From NCBI RefSeq assembly GCF_020745735.1, contig NC_083401.1, positions 49,907,740 through 49,971,739 on the forward strand: DNA of 64,000 nucleotides, given 5' to 3'. A program made the translations under genes and the position numbers. The DNA comes from Hemiscyllium ocellatum (lineage: Eukaryota). This document shows positions 63,506 through 64,000 of this stretch, one piece after another (positions within the stretch are counted from its first letter, which is position 1; each line of letters begins with the position of its first letter). Below the pieces are notes generated by a model, which was given only the letters and a program-made list of their open reading frames with translations, was not told where the DNA came from and did no database searches.

Positions 63506-64000
63506 TCAAACCTAGCCATTCTCCCCTACATCAAAGGCATCGTGGAAATGACTGCCAAACTACTCAGACCCCTTGGCATCATGGTAGCCCACAAACCTAC
63601 CAAAACTCTAAAACAGTAGCTAATGAACTTGAAAGACCATATACAGACAACAAACAAAACTAATGTCATTTACAAAATACTTTGCAAAAACTGTAACAAA
63701 TACTATATTGGACAAACAGGCAGAAAACTAGTCACCAGGACAAATGAACATCAATTAGCCACAAAACAACATGACCCACTCTCACTAGTACCCTTACGTA
63801 TGGATGAGAAAGGACACCACTTCAACTGGAACAACACATCCATCCTAAGACAAGCCAAACAAAGACATGCACAAGAATTCCTACAAGCATGGCATTCTAA
63901 CTGGAACTCGACAAACACATTGACTTGGATCCCATTTACCACCCTGAGAAAAAGAACAGGAAATGACATCAGCAAAGGAAATGATGTCACCATAGGAAAT
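63506..64000 (+). mobile_element. PLE family C (Poseidon/Penelope-like) GIY-YIG region; runs off the window
   Basis: From 63521: LPYIKGIVEMTAKLLRPLGIMVAHKP..*..TNVIYKILCKNCNKYYIGQTGRKLVTRTNEHQ..HHFNW. Confidence 0.9.

Overview
This is repeat-dense, AT-rich, CpG-depleted vertebrate DNA. It is very probably elasmobranch (shark), judged from about 10 HE1-type V-SINEs, their HER1/CR1 partner LINEs and SacSINE1-like Deu-SINEs. No intact protein-coding gene was recognised, and the recognisable longer ORFs are decayed retroelement fragments. The window holds many CR1 LINE copies (one near-complete EN+RT ORF2 at ~15.0-18.0 kb), a second CR1/L2-type LINE with its own SINE, two solo LTRs with 5-bp TSDs, a Tigger-like MITE and a Harbinger Myb/SANT remnant. 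It also holds about 14 Penelope-like element (PLE) pieces from at least 4 families. The most interesting signal is that these PLE termini carry minimal hammerhead ribozyme cores (CTGANGA-stem II-GAAA-palindromic stem III). Four cores look structurally intact. Six copies are fold-back palindromes, and in five of them the inversion axis lies in or beside the ribozyme, which suggests a ribozyme-linked snap-back insertion route or a family of hairpin mini-retroelements. A weak set of minus-strand exon-like segments (12-35 kb) may belong to a decayed gene or lncRNA. Repeat boundaries were read by eye (about +/-20-50 nt unless a TSD is given).
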